Notes under the pieces: generated by a model
Database searches by the model: none
What the model saw: the letters and a program-made list of their open reading frames with translations, nothing else
What the model was told of the DNA's origin: nothing
DNA from: Helicobacteraceae bacterium
GTDB taxonomy: Bacteria > Campylobacterota > Campylobacteria > Campylobacterales > Sulfurimonadaceae
Length of the DNA: 34,407 nucleotides
Assembly (NCBI GenBank): GCA_027081565.1
Contig: JALWKG010000351.1
Span: forward strand, 1 to 34,407
Direction of reading: 5' to 3'
Made by a program: the position numbers and the translations under genes
Shown here: piece after piece, positions 19,467-28,985 of the stretch
How positions within the stretch are numbered: position 1 is the first letter of the stretch
Layout of the letters: each line of letters opens with the position of its first letter

Positions 19467-20291
19467 CTAGGCTTTTGAAAGTTTGTTGTTGAAGTAGAAC
19501 CAGAGAACCACTGCTACAGCCATCATTACCGCGCTCAAACTCTGCCCCATTGTCAACCATCCGCCAAACAAAAATCCCAACTGAGAGTCAGGTTGTCTCC
19601 AGAATTCTGCTATAAAGCGCATCATTCCATAAACAAAACCATAAACTAAAATAAGTTCACCGTTAAAACGTTTGTACTTACGATAAGCAAAGATCACTAA
19701 AAAGACCACAAGACCCTCAAGCAGTGCTTCATACAGCTGTGAGGGATGACGCAGTACACCATCTACATAGATACCCCAAGGCATGTCGGTAGCACGTCCT
19801 ACCAACTCCTGGTTCAAAAAGTTACCAATACGTCCAAATATATATCCTACAGGAACGGCAAGCGCCACAACATCCATAATAACACCGAAAGAGACCTCTT
19901 TATGACGTTTGTGATAGTACAGAGAACCTAAAAACCAACCGATGACGGCACCATGATAACTCATACCACGTATACCTACAAACTCTCCCTCCTCGTTGAA
20001 AGGGTTGAAGATCTGCCATGGGTGGCTTAAGTAATAGCCCGTATGAGAGTCATAAAAGAGGATGTAACCCAGACGTGCACCCAAGATAATACCGATCTCG
20101 ATATAGATAAAGTAGTCATCCAGCTGTTTCTGCGCTATAGGCAGTTTGTCTCGGCTCACAATGTTTTTTGCGATATAGAGTGCACTTATAAGTGCCAAAA
20201 CATACATCATCCCATACCAATGTAGCGGAAAGGAGAAGACAGTAAAGGCTATGGGGTTAAAGTGTTCGTATATATGGTTCCAGTAATACAT
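19467..20291 (-). CDS. lgt: Prolipoprotein diacylglyceryl transferase
   Basis: HWYGMMY, LGARLGY, GMSYHG, GRIGNFLNQELVGR, RHPSQLYE, RFIAEFWRQPD. Confidence 0.98.
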   Translation of the reverse strand: MYYWNHIYEHFNPIAFTVFSFPLHWYGMMYVLALISALYIAKNIVSRDKLPIAQKQLDDYFIYIEIGIILGARLGYILFYDSHTGYYLSHPWQIFNPFNEEGEFVGIRGMSYHGAVIGWFLGSLYYHKRHKEVSFGVIMDVVALAVPVGYIFGRIGNFLNQELVGRATDMPWGIYVDGVLRHPSQLYEALLEGLVVFLVIFAYRKYKRFNGELILVYGFVYGMMRFIAEFWRQPDSQLGFLFGGWLTMGQSLSAVMMAVAVVLWFYFNNKLSKA

Positions 20292-20299
20292 GGTGATCC

Positions 20300-20635
20300 T
20301 TAAAAGGTGATGACTTTCCAGTCATTTTGCAGTGCATGAGTGAGACGTTCACCCGTGTGTTCTGGTGTAATACCCACTCTTTTTAGTTTTTCAGTGACAC
20401 CATAGTCATCACTACAAACCACACAAACAGAGGTTTCTACACCACTTTCCTGGACGGTTTTAAGCATGGTCTGCAGTTCACTGTTCTCTGCTAAGACTCT
20501 AGCAGAAGGTCCCCAGACCATAAGATGGGCCTCATCCCAATAACCTCGGGGTAAAATGACACTTCCATAAAGCAAGATCATCTTTTTTGCCACTTCGACC
20601 TCTTCTGTCGACCAGACGATCAACAAACGGTTCAA
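20300..20635 (-). CDS. DsrE/DsrF-like protein
   Basis: LLIVWST, YWDEAHLMVWGPSA, GVETSVCVVCSDDYGV (CxxC) match the DsrE-fold pattern. Confidence 0.75.
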   Translation of the reverse strand: MNRLLIVWSTEEVEVAKKMILLYGSVILPRGYWDEAHLMVWGPSARVLAENSELQTMLKTVQESGVETSVCVVCSDDYGVTEKLKRVGITPEHTGERLTHALQNDWKVITF

Positions 20636-20856
20636 TGCCCACCTTTTTGCGCTTGATACAGTTCACAGGCTTTGATATGCTTTTCGCTTAGGGCTGGAAA
20701 GTAGTTACAGATGGCCTGATAGTCCATCTCATCTTCCAACATTCCCAATATATCAGTTACAGCGATCTTTGTCTCACGAATATAGGCTTTTTCAAACCCC
20801 GTTCGTGAGACCACTTCGATCAACGCATTTATATCTTCATTCATCAGCGCACTCAT
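20632..20856 (-). CDS. DUF433-domain small protein
   Basis: KAYIRETKIAVTDILGML...I...FPALSEKHIKAC..Y matches the DUF433 pattern (G.P.IRGTRI.V..IL..L......I...YP.L...DI.A). Confidence 0.7.
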   Translation of the reverse strand: MSALMNEDINALIEVVSRTGFEKAYIRETKIAVTDILGMLEDEMDYQAICNYFPALSEKHIKACELYQAQKGGH

Positions 20857-22151
20857 TTCTCTTGTAAGACCTCAGCTATGAGCTCTATAGGATTTTTAAA
20901 GATCGTCTCTTCATTACCGGACTGATACAGTGAATCATTGATCTGCATACGACAAGCAGAACACTCAGCAGAGACCACTTGTGCCCCAGTCTGCTTGATC
21001 ATAGCAGCCTTAGGGACACCTGCAGCCTTAGCAAAATGGTACTTCTCTGTCTGCATCGTCACCCCACCAAAACCACAACAGGCATTAGGATCACTCATCT
21101 CAGTCAGTGCATAGTTTTGTTTGATCAATTTACGAGGCTCTTCGTGAATCCCTTGCATCTTTCTTGCGTGACAAGGATCATGGTAGGTCACAGTTAAGTC
21201 ACTACGACCTTTTGAAGCCAAAAGGTGTTCAAGGTGGGTATGGTTCTCTAACCACTCAGTCGCCATAAATATCTTGTCTCTCAACTTAATGGCACGTGCT
21301 TTCCACTCCGGCTGATCATGAAAGTAGTGCTCATAATCTATCTTGATCATTGCCGAGCAGGTTGCTTCAGGAATGATAATGGCTTCAACATCATCTATAA
21401 AACTCTCAAAGTACTCAATGTTTTTCTTTGCATTATGGTCAACCGTATTAAAGTCACCTGTAAAGTAAGCCGGAGCACTACAACAGAGCTGCTTTTTAGG
21501 GATGAAAGCATCGATCTCAAGTGCTTCGAGAATACTCAAAAGACCTTTACCGATCTCTGTATAGTTGTAGTTTGCAAGACAACCAATAAAGATGGCCACT
21601 TTACGTTTACCCCCATTAGAGATGTTTTCAGGGTTGGCATTTAAAAAAGAGGTCTTACCCATACTTGGAAGCATACGGTCTTTTTTAATGATCGGCAGGC
21701 TAAAACGTGGTTCCATTGAGTTTTGCTCTGCTTTGATCTTGAAACCACAGGTCTGAAAGACATAACCGAGTTTAAAAAGTACATCCATCGTAAAACGGTG
21801 GCGCAGCAGATAGAAAAAAGCACGTTTGAAAAAAGCGATACCAAACTTGTCTGCAATGTCAGCACGTACCTGTTCAATGATCATGTCTGTAGGAAGAGAC
21901 TTTGGACAGATGTCCACACAGTTAGTACATAAAAAACAGCTTTCAAAGATATCTTTAGCCGTTTTGTCCAACTCAAGTTGACCATTTTGGTAAGCTCCCA
22001 ACAGGTCAATAAAACCACGCGGAGAAGTGACCTCGTCAGCATTAACATTGTGAATGGTACAAACGGGGATACACATACCACACTTGATACACTCATCACT
22101 GATCTCTGTATAGTTAAAGATATCTTCCGGACGTTTTTGCATGCTGCTCAT
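20853..22151 (-). CDS. (Fe-S)-binding oxidoreductase subunit, GlcF/GlpC-like
   Basis: Two 4Fe-4S motifs (CIKCGMCIPVC, CFLCTNCVDIC) and two CCG domains (CCSAP; YHDPCH...CCGFGG...CSAC); abuts hemN. Confidence 0.9.
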   Translation of the reverse strand: MSSMQKRPEDIFNYTEISDECIKCGMCIPVCTIHNVNADEVTSPRGFIDLLGAYQNGQLELDKTAKDIFESCFLCTNCVDICPKSLPTDMIIEQVRADIADKFGIAFFKRAFFYLLRHRFTMDVLFKLGYVFQTCGFKIKAEQNSMEPRFSLPIIKKDRMLPSMGKTSFLNANPENISNGGKRKVAIFIGCLANYNYTEIGKGLLSILEALEIDAFIPKKQLCCSAPAYFTGDFNTVDHNAKKNIEYFESFIDDVEAIIIPEATCSAMIKIDYEHYFHDQPEWKARAIKLRDKIFMATEWLENHTHLEHLLASKGRSDLTVTYHDPCHARKMQGIHEEPRKLIKQNYALTEMSDPNACCGFGGVTMQTEKYHFAKAAGVPKAAMIKQTGAQVVSAECSACRMQINDSLYQSGNEETIFKNPIELIAEVLQEK

Positions 22152-23519
22152 CTATACCGTCTTGCTAAAGGTCTTTTTTGAACCGGCATGCTGTTTCATG
22201 TAGGCGTCAAAGACCATCGCGATATTACGGATAAGCAAAGTTCCCGTCTCAGAACAGGTAATGTGGTTCATATCCATCACTACCAGACCTTCTTCGATAA
22301 AAGGCTGAAGTCCCGGAAGGTCTTCTTTAAAGTAGGTGTTGAAATCTACATCGAACTCTTCGTTGAAGCGCTTGATGTCCATCTTAAAGTTACTCATAAG
22401 CTCCATGATGACATGCTGACGGATCATGTCATCTTCATTTAACATCACACCACGTTCAAACGGCAGTTTACCCGCTTCGATAGCTGCTTCGTACTCTTTC
22501 ATATCTTTAAAGTTCTGCGCGTAGTAGTCTACACCCTCACCAATGGAGGTCAGGCCACCGCCCACCAGATCAGCACCGCCTTTAGTGGTATAGCCCTGGA
22601 AGTTACGGTGAAGTTCACCCTTCTCTATAGCCTTAAAAAGCTCATCTTCAGGCTTTGCAAAGTGGTCCATACCGATCATCTTGTAACCATTTTCAGTCAG
22701 ATAGTCTATAGTGTACTGCATGATCTGCAGTTTTTCATCTGGCAGTGGCAATGTGGTCTCATCGATCTTACGCATGGTCTTTTTTAACCAAGGCACGTGT
22801 GCATAATTGAAAACGGCAAAACGGTCAGGGTTCAGAGTCAACGCAAGACGAAGTGTCTCTTTAAAGGTCTCTAAGGTCTGGTAAGGAAGTCCATAGATAA
22901 GGTCAACATTAACCGAGACCATATTGTATTTACGAGCAAGGTCCATTGCTGTTTTTGTGACATCGTAAGGTTGTACACGATGCACTGCGACCTGAACCTT
23001 TTCATTAAAGTCCTGAATACCAAAGCTTACACGGTTGAAGCCCTGCTCACTCATCACCTTCATCTGATCTTCATTGATGTGACGCGGATCGATCTCACAT
23101 GAGATCTCAGCATCAGCACTGAAGTTTTTAAAGTGAGACTTGATCATTTTGATGATCTCTTCAAGTTGCTCTGCTGTAAAGAAAGTTGGTGTACCCCCAC
23201 CAAAGTGCATCTGAATAACTTCTCGAGAAGTATCAACATGTTTGATCAAGATGTCAAGTTCACGCTTTAGGTAATCCATATAACGCAGCATCTTGTCCTC
23301 TTTGGAGGTAAAGACAACATTACAGCCGCAGAAGTAACAAGCGTTACGGCAAAATGGCAGGTGGAAGTAGAGTGAGAGTGGACGCGATGGATCTTGTGCT
23401 TCGAGTTTGTTGATGTAAGCATCGTAGGTAAAAGTGTCTTTAAACTCTAAGGCCGTCGGGTACGAAGTGTAACGTGGTCCAGGCTTGGAATATTTTATAT
23501 ATTTTGCAAAATCTAACAT
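22152..23519 (-). CDS. hemN: Oxygen-independent coproporphyrinogen III oxidase
   Basis: GPRYTSYPTA, radical-SAM HLPFCRNACYFCGC, HFGGGTP, IGMDHFA, RNFQGYTT, FSKTV. Confidence 0.98.
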   Translation of the reverse strand: MLDFAKYIKYSKPGPRYTSYPTALEFKDTFTYDAYINKLEAQDPSRPLSLYFHLPFCRNACYFCGCNVVFTSKEDKMLRYMDYLKRELDILIKHVDTSREVIQMHFGGGTPTFFTAEQLEEIIKMIKSHFKNFSADAEISCEIDPRHINEDQMKVMSEQGFNRVSFGIQDFNEKVQVAVHRVQPYDVTKTAMDLARKYNMVSVNVDLIYGLPYQTLETFKETLRLALTLNPDRFAVFNYAHVPWLKKTMRKIDETTLPLPDEKLQIMQYTIDYLTENGYKMIGMDHFAKPEDELFKAIEKGELHRNFQGYTTKGGADLVGGGLTSIGEGVDYYAQNFKDMKEYEAAIEAGKLPFERGVMLNEDDMIRQHVIMELMSNFKMDIKRFNEEFDVDFNTYFKEDLPGLQPFIEEGLVVMDMNHITCSETGTLLIRNIAMVFDAYMKQHAGSKKTFSKTV

Positions 23520-23604
23520 AAGCGTCCTAACGGTGGGAAGAGTTCCCTAATATTAATACGCGATTATGCCTTTGAAGTGTTGAAAAAGGGGTTAAAGCCT
23601 CTGT

Positions 23605-24066
23605 TTACCTATTATAAAACAGCTCTATGCACTTTTTAAAGTCACTGCAGCGTACACAACGCACAAAACGGCGCTGCTCTTTAGGCAGTGTGTAGCTCGC
23701 TCCATTTCCAAAGTCTACAACCCAGGCATGGGGCGCGTTCCAGGCATAGGTACTCGCCGTCCAGTAGGTGGCATTTTTTTTGTAGTAGACAAAACCTTTT
23801 TGGATCTTTCTGCCTGTTGGACGACTATTATCAATAATAGTTGCCATCTCACTCTCACTCGGCAACCACCAGTCATCAAAACCCGCATAGTCAAGCGACT
23901 CGCAGTTCTCTTTGGCCTCATTCCATGTCAGGATAACCCCACGGTTTTCAGCCACGTCTTGCCACATAAAAGCGGTCTTGGGGTCAGTTAAGGTCCGTGC
24001 ATTGAGATCTGTAAGCAGTACCAGAAGTACTAAAACAGTCCAAGGCAACGCTCTAAAACTTAGCAC
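23605..24066 (-). CDS. DUF1566 (Lcl C-terminal-like) exported protein
   Basis: Signal-like N-terminus; TDPKTAFMWQ, TWNEAKENC, GFDDWWLPS..E, YWTAS, AWVVDF..G, FVRCVR. Overlaps the receptor stop codon; exact start uncertain. Confidence 0.85.
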   Translation of the reverse strand: MLSFRALPWTVLVLLVLLTDLNARTLTDPKTAFMWQDVAENRGVILTWNEAKENCESLDYAGFDDWWLPSESEMATIIDNSRPTGRKIQKGFVYYKKNATYWTASTYAWNAPHAWVVDFGNGASYTLPKEQRRFVRCVRCSDFKKCIELFYNR

Positions 24067-27000
24067 TTATAGATGCCGAATATGAACGGCCAGTTTTATA
24101 CTTTAAGGTCACATTGTCACCCTGCTTCCAAAGTGTCTCATCGTTGAGTATGTTTTTGATCTTAAAGGTAAAAGCCATCTTGCTGTTCAGTGCATCGACC
24201 TTAAACTGCTCGATCCATGTAAAGTCCAACAGGTTTGGCGGTACTTCATAATCATCTAAAGCGTAGACCACTGTCCCATTTTTCAAAGCAACACGCATAA
24301 GACGCTCAGACATTTTGTTAAACGAGAGGTTCAAGGTTCTGTCTTCACTCTCTTCATAACTCAATGAGAGGTTAAGAACCTGTGGTGAAAGCCCCTGCAG
24401 TCCACGATTTTGTGTGACATACTTGCTCTTTTGCTCCTCTGATAGTTGCACTTGGGACGCAATGTAAGTGTAGTTTCCAGAGAAGACCATGTGGTAAAAA
24501 AAGCTGTGTAAAAAGCCCAAATTTTTATACCAACCTATCTCTATACCCGCCAGGTCTGCCGACTTCGAGTTCTCAAACGAGTAGCGCGGCAGGGTTCCTG
24601 TTGTAAACTCCTGAGTATCTTCTATGGGGTTGGCCATATGTTTGTAAAATGTCGAGAAGTTGACACTGTCTGTTGGCGAAAAGAAGAAGTCATAACGCAG
24701 ATCCACACTCTGCACATCCGTCTCAATCAGGTCCGGATTACCAGAGACCTTGGCTAAAAAAACAGGGTGTATAAACTCAGCATCCACAAACTCTCTAAAG
24801 TCCGGGTAAACAAAGGTCTCACCATAAGCAAACTTTAGCTGGTTGGCATCATTGATAGCATACTTGGCACCAATACTTGGCAGAAACTTCTGAAAAGCCA
24901 GGGTGTTGGTCTCAGTGGTTACGATGTTGCGCTCAACTGCATACTGGTCCACACTCTGACTCAAGTCCACATAACGACCACCATAAGTGATATCAACACC
25001 CTCTAGTGGCTTTAAAAGACCCTTTAGATAGAGGGCATTTCTGCTTAATGAAGCATCAAACTGATCTTTTGGCTTAGAGGTGACATCATAGGTAAGATCG
25101 GTTCCATTTCCATAGTTCAAGATATCGTTCATAGAACCTGTACTGATCGCAGGGTCAGTGATCTTGCTCTGAACCGTCAACTCCAGACGTCTACCCTCAC
25201 GCTCTTTAAGCTCTGAGACCAGACCGAGTTCAATATAATCTTCATCACTGAAAAAAGAGATCATCGAACGATTTTTCAGCGTCAGGTTGAAAAGATCGTC
25301 CTTTGTCGTTCTGCTGTTATAAGTCAGACGAGACTGTCGTGCCTGAAACTCGTAAGGCTTGGAAGCATCCAGACGGGTATAGTCATAGTAGATGTCATTA
25401 GGCACATACTCACTGGCTGTTGCATACTCAAAACCTACATCAAAACGGTTTTTAACACCAAGGTCATAATCAACACCTCCATAAAACTGGTTTGTCCACA
25501 ACTCACGCTCTTGCCACTCAAAATAGTTTTGTAACTCATCTGAGTTGTTCTCTCCAAAGGTACCTGAGACCGAACGGGTCTGGTCGAGTGTGTTTAGAAC
25601 ATATAACATGGTGTAACCCATGTCAAGATTACGATACTTATAATTTAGGTTCAAAAGCCCGCCATGTTGGTAGTTTGTCTTAAACTGGTCTGTCACCGCA
25701 GTGTTGTCAGGCGTGCTCTCTTGAACACCATCTTTTGATGTCAGGTAGTCATGAGAGGTATAACTAACAAGCTTGGACTCTTTTTTATAACCATAAGAGC
25801 CCAAAACACTCACTTTATGATCATTATTGATCGTCCAGCTTTTAGAGACTTCCAACTGTGCCTCACCACCCATGGGGACTTTCTCTGCATAATTGTTGGC
25901 GTCACGCTCTTGCAACATCGACTGCATCTGTTGTGGTGTCTCTTTGAGTGAAGGTTTTCTCTCACCAATCACAACATCCTGTGAAGCAACAAAGGCCTCG
26001 TTAAAAGGTCTGTACGAGCTGTCATACCCGGTCCAGTCACTGGGAGCACCCTTATAACTGTAGACTTCATCTCCATACGAGTCATGGGCATTGAGTCCCA
26101 GTTTCAGTTTGACATAGTCCTCATCGGAGCTCTTTTTGGTACGGATGTTGACATAACCACCACCAAAGGCACCCGTAATATCCGGGGTAAAACTCTTTTG
26201 TACCTGAAGAGTGCCTATAACACCACTAGGGAACATGTCCAACGGGACCGTTCTTTTTGTCGGGTTTGGAGAGGGCAGAGACATGCCATTGAGCTCTGTA
26301 GCCGAGTAGCGATCACCCAGTCCACGAACATAGATATATTTTCCACCCATAATAGTCACACCTGCAACACGTTTGAGTGCACTCGCAGCATTGGAGTCAC
26401 CCTGTTTGGACATCTGCTCAGCACCAATAATACTTGCAATAGAGTCACTGTTACGCTCTTCTGCCATCACTGCAGCTACACTACCCTCGACCTGAGGGGC
26501 AAGTACCACAAACTCTTCGAGTTCCATTGCTGCCGGTGTCAACTCAACAGACTTCATCACTGTCTCATCTTTGAGGACATTGACCTTTATGGTCTGCGCA
26601 CTAAAACTGCTATGGATGATAGAGAGGGTCTGCTCTCCTACCGGAGCTTCGATAATGACATGGCCCTGCTTGTCACTTTTGACATCAACATTCAAGCCTT
26701 TGACAAAGACACGTGCCCCCTCTATCGCCGCATCGTTTTCGGCTGAACGCAGGGTAAGTTGTACAAAACCTTCTGCAGCGATCGCTTTAGTGACATTGTG
26801 CTCTACACTGGCACTTTTAGGTGCCTCTTCATCTTCAAAAGCAAGGGTATTGTCTTCTTTTAACATGATGATAAGTTGGGACTCTTTGCCTTTTTTGATC
26901 ACAAAGTTTTTTCGAACGAAAGCCTGAGGTTTCCCTGCACTTTTGGTCACTACCTGCATCTGGTAACTTCCAACCGGTAAGACCGTATAGAGCGCACCAT

Positions 27001-27196
27001 CGCTGTCGGTCTGAAACTCTGCGTGTTTGTTGTATGAACCGGGGTTGTCTATACGTACTGCATCACTCTTTTTAAAGATGATGACTTTTTGTTGGGCTAA
27101 AGGCTTGCCCTCTTTCATGATGATCAGTGAAAACTCACCGGTGTCGATCGCTAACAATGACGTTGCAAAAGCGATTAGTAGCAGTAAGGTTCTCAC
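24053..27196 (-). CDS. TonB-dependent receptor with long N-terminal extension (carboxypeptidase-regulatory-like domains)
   Basis: Signal peptide; LEEFVV TonB-box-like segment; plug motif YVRGLGDRY...LNG..LPSPNP..R.VPLDMFP...VQKSFTPD..G.FGGG.VNI; GNPDL, KNILN; terminal Phe (ISAKF); GTG start after GGGAG. Confidence 0.93.
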   Translation of the reverse strand: MRTLLLLIAFATSLLAIDTGEFSLIIMKEGKPLAQQKVIIFKKSDAVRIDNPGSYNKHAEFQTDSDGALYTVLPVGSYQMQVVTKSAGKPQAFVRKNFVIKKGKESQLIIMLKEDNTLAFEDEEAPKSASVEHNVTKAIAAEGFVQLTLRSAENDAAIEGARVFVKGLNVDVKSDKQGHVIIEAPVGEQTLSIIHSSFSAQTIKVNVLKDETVMKSVELTPAAMELEEFVVLAPQVEGSVAAVMAEERNSDSIASIIGAEQMSKQGDSNAASALKRVAGVTIMGGKYIYVRGLGDRYSATELNGMSLPSPNPTKRTVPLDMFPSGVIGTLQVQKSFTPDITGAFGGGYVNIRTKKSSDEDYVKLKLGLNAHDSYGDEVYSYKGAPSDWTGYDSSYRPFNEAFVASQDVVIGERKPSLKETPQQMQSMLQERDANNYAEKVPMGGEAQLEVSKSWTINNDHKVSVLGSYGYKKESKLVSYTSHDYLTSKDGVQESTPDNTAVTDQFKTNYQHGGLLNLNYKYRNLDMGYTMLYVLNTLDQTRSVSGTFGENNSDELQNYFEWQERELWTNQFYGGVDYDLGVKNRFDVGFEYATASEYVPNDIYYDYTRLDASKPYEFQARQSRLTYNSRTTKDDLFNLTLKNRSMISFFSDEDYIELGLVSELKEREGRRLELTVQSKITDPAISTGSMNDILNYGNGTDLTYDVTSKPKDQFDASLSRNALYLKGLLKPLEGVDITYGGRYVDLSQSVDQYAVERNIVTTETNTLAFQKFLPSIGAKYAINDANQLKFAYGETFVYPDFREFVDAEFIHPVFLAKVSGNPDLIETDVQSVDLRYDFFFSPTDSVNFSTFYKHMANPIEDTQEFTTGTLPRYSFENSKSADLAGIEIGWYKNLGFLHSFFYHMVFSGNYTYIASQVQLSEEQKSKYVTQNRGLQGLSPQVLNLSLSYEESEDRTLNLSFNKMSERLMRVALKNGTVVYALDDYEVPPNLLDFTWIEQFKVDALNSKMAFTFKIKNILNDETLWKQGDNVTLKYKTGRSYSASISAKF

Positions 27197-28338
27197 AGTT
27201 CACACTCCCATATATTGTTTTGGCATTTTTCCATGTTTTTACGTAACTCGGTCGCCTTCTCAAACAGGTCTGGACGGCTCAAGGCTTGAAGTTCACGTTC
27301 ACTCTTTTCAAAATCCGAGGTCATATAGTAGGCATAAGCCAATGCATAACGGATGTTTTCATCTTCCAGCAGTCCTGAACGCTTCAAGGCACTCGCTGTT
27401 GCGACCACTCTCTCATACTCCCCAAACTCCAGATAAATAGCAATACGCTGTTTGTACTTCTCTTTGGTGTCGGTCAGCTGTGCATTTTTGTAAAGTGCAA
27501 GGGTAAACTCTCTCGCACGTCGCAGCATCTCTGCCGCCTCTTTTGTGTACTTGGGATCTTCTATAGAAGCCTCATCAAAAAGGTTCGCTGCGGCATGGAT
27601 CATCTCCTGATCCAGGTAGAGGTGGGCCAACATCACTGTCATCTCAGCACTTTCTGGAAACTGTAGGTTCCCGGTCTCTGCCAGCTTGGTCGCTTTAAGT
27701 GTCGCTCCGCTTTTACGAAGGGCACCGACAAAAGAGAGATAGGTCTTGGCATTGGGTTTTTCATGGGCCAAGTAAACCTCAGCATCTTCTAAAGCACTCT
27801 GGTAAAGTTCCAAGGCTATGAAGTAGTTAAAACGCTGCTTGTAGGCAGGGTAGTACTCTGGAAATTTTTGGTTGATCAAGGCCAGTGTCTCTAAGGCCAT
27901 ACTCTGTTTGTCCAGCTTCCAGTAAGACTCCGCTTTAAGTGCCAAAAGCTGTGGTTTGGCGGTTGAGAGTTCACCTGCTTTCTCCAAGGCATCGATGGTC
28001 CCCTGGTAGTCACGGAGCTTGAAATTGTTCTGTGCAATATAGAGGTAGATACTTGCATCTGTCTGCCCTGCTTCTATCGCCTTGTGAAACTGCTCGTTCG
28101 CCACCTTGAAAAGCTGCTGTTTAGTAAAGATAAGCCCTTTTAGGGTGTAGAACATCACAAAGTCGAACTCCTCTTTAGTGGTGTCTGCTTCGTTGAGTGT
28201 CTCTGCCGCACGAGCGTAGTGACCATCTTTCATCAAGAGTGCTGCGAGCGCCACGTGGTCGATCTCATCACTGCTTTTTTTCTCTGCTGCAAAGAGGCTT
28301 AGTTGTAAAAGTGTCAATAGTATAAAAAATATTTTCAT
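27193..28338 (-). CDS. Exported TPR-repeat protein of the TonB cassette (start placed at ATG 28338; the ORF track starts at 28362)
   Basis: Signal peptide MKIFFILLTLLQLSLFA; helical TPR-like repeats; follows tonB. Confidence 0.8.
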   Translation of the reverse strand: MKIFFILLTLLQLSLFAAEKKSSDEIDHVALAALLMKDGHYARAAETLNEADTTKEEFDFVMFYTLKGLIFTKQQLFKVANEQFHKAIEAGQTDASIYLYIAQNNFKLRDYQGTIDALEKAGELSTAKPQLLALKAESYWKLDKQSMALETLALINQKFPEYYPAYKQRFNYFIALELYQSALEDAEVYLAHEKPNAKTYLSFVGALRKSGATLKATKLAETGNLQFPESAEMTVMLAHLYLDQEMIHAAANLFDEASIEDPKYTKEAAEMLRRAREFTLALYKNAQLTDTKEKYKQRIAIYLEFGEYERVVATASALKRSGLLEDENIRYALAYAYYMTSDFEKSERELQALSRPDLFEKATELRKNMEKCQNNIWECEL

Positions 28339-28348
28339 TATGCTTCTC

Positions 28349-28984
28349 TTATTGGAGATCAAATCTGATCTTCTGTTTGGCCCAGACTTTGACGTTTTGA
28401 CCCTTGTACTGTGCCGGGGTAAAGACCCAACTTCTCACACCTGCTTTTGCCACATCATCAAATACACCCGCAGGTTCTGACTGAAGGACTTTGACCTTCT
28501 CGACCTGACCACTTTTGTTGATGAGTAAGTTCATCAAAACAAAGCCTGTTACACCATTTTTACGTGCTGACTTTGGGTACTCCATAGCGGAACGCTGCGC
28601 CGGTTTGGGCTTAACATCGACCGAGTCGCCTGTCATCACCACATCTTTGCCCACATCACCCAGCAAGTTATCGTCCATCCCCATGTCGTCACTTGCAAAA
28701 GCATCCAGACCCGTGTCGATACCACTTAGAGACGAGCTCATGTTGGGTGTCGGCGCGGAACGTCTCTTTTGCGCTTTTTTGCGCTTTGGCTTCGGTTTTG
28801 GCTTCGGTTTTGGCTTGGGCTTGACCATCTTCTGGATCTCGAAGTTGGCACTGCTCGCCTTTTTCTTGGTCTCATGCACTCCGCCCGCCTCATTCATCAT
28901 GATGACGGTGCCAAAGACAAAGACCACACCAAAGATCATCCAGAGAAAAGACTTGATGTAGAGGCTCAGTGTTGGTTTACGCAC
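28349..28984 (-). CDS. tonB: Energy transducer TonB
   Basis: N-terminal TM, (KP)n tract, YPKSARKNGVTGFV...INKSGQV...SEP...FD..A...VRSW.F.PA. Confidence 0.93.
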   Translation of the reverse strand: MRKPTLSLYIKSFLWMIFGVVFVFGTVIMMNEAGGVHETKKKASSANFEIQKMVKPKPKPKPKPKPKRKKAQKRRSAPTPNMSSSLSGIDTGLDAFASDDMGMDDNLLGDVGKDVVMTGDSVDVKPKPAQRSAMEYPKSARKNGVTGFVLMNLLINKSGQVEKVKVLQSEPAGVFDDVAKAGVRSWVFTPAQYKGQNVKVWAKQKIRFDLQ

Positions 28985-28985
28985 C

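Noticed and set aside
19378-19560. 60-aa minus-strand ORF
   Set aside because: Half overlaps lgt in another frame and runs through a hairpin; no coding signature.
26084-26746. 220-aa antisense ORF, and similar shadow ORFs opposite ftsH, prmA, tonB and DUF3450
   Set aside because: They lie fully opposite well-supported genes, carry no recognisable motifs, and are explained by codon bias.
28785-28822. 12-bp tandem repeat (TTTGGCTTCGGT) as a contingency locus
   Set aside because: It encodes the ordinary Lys-Pro spacer of TonB.
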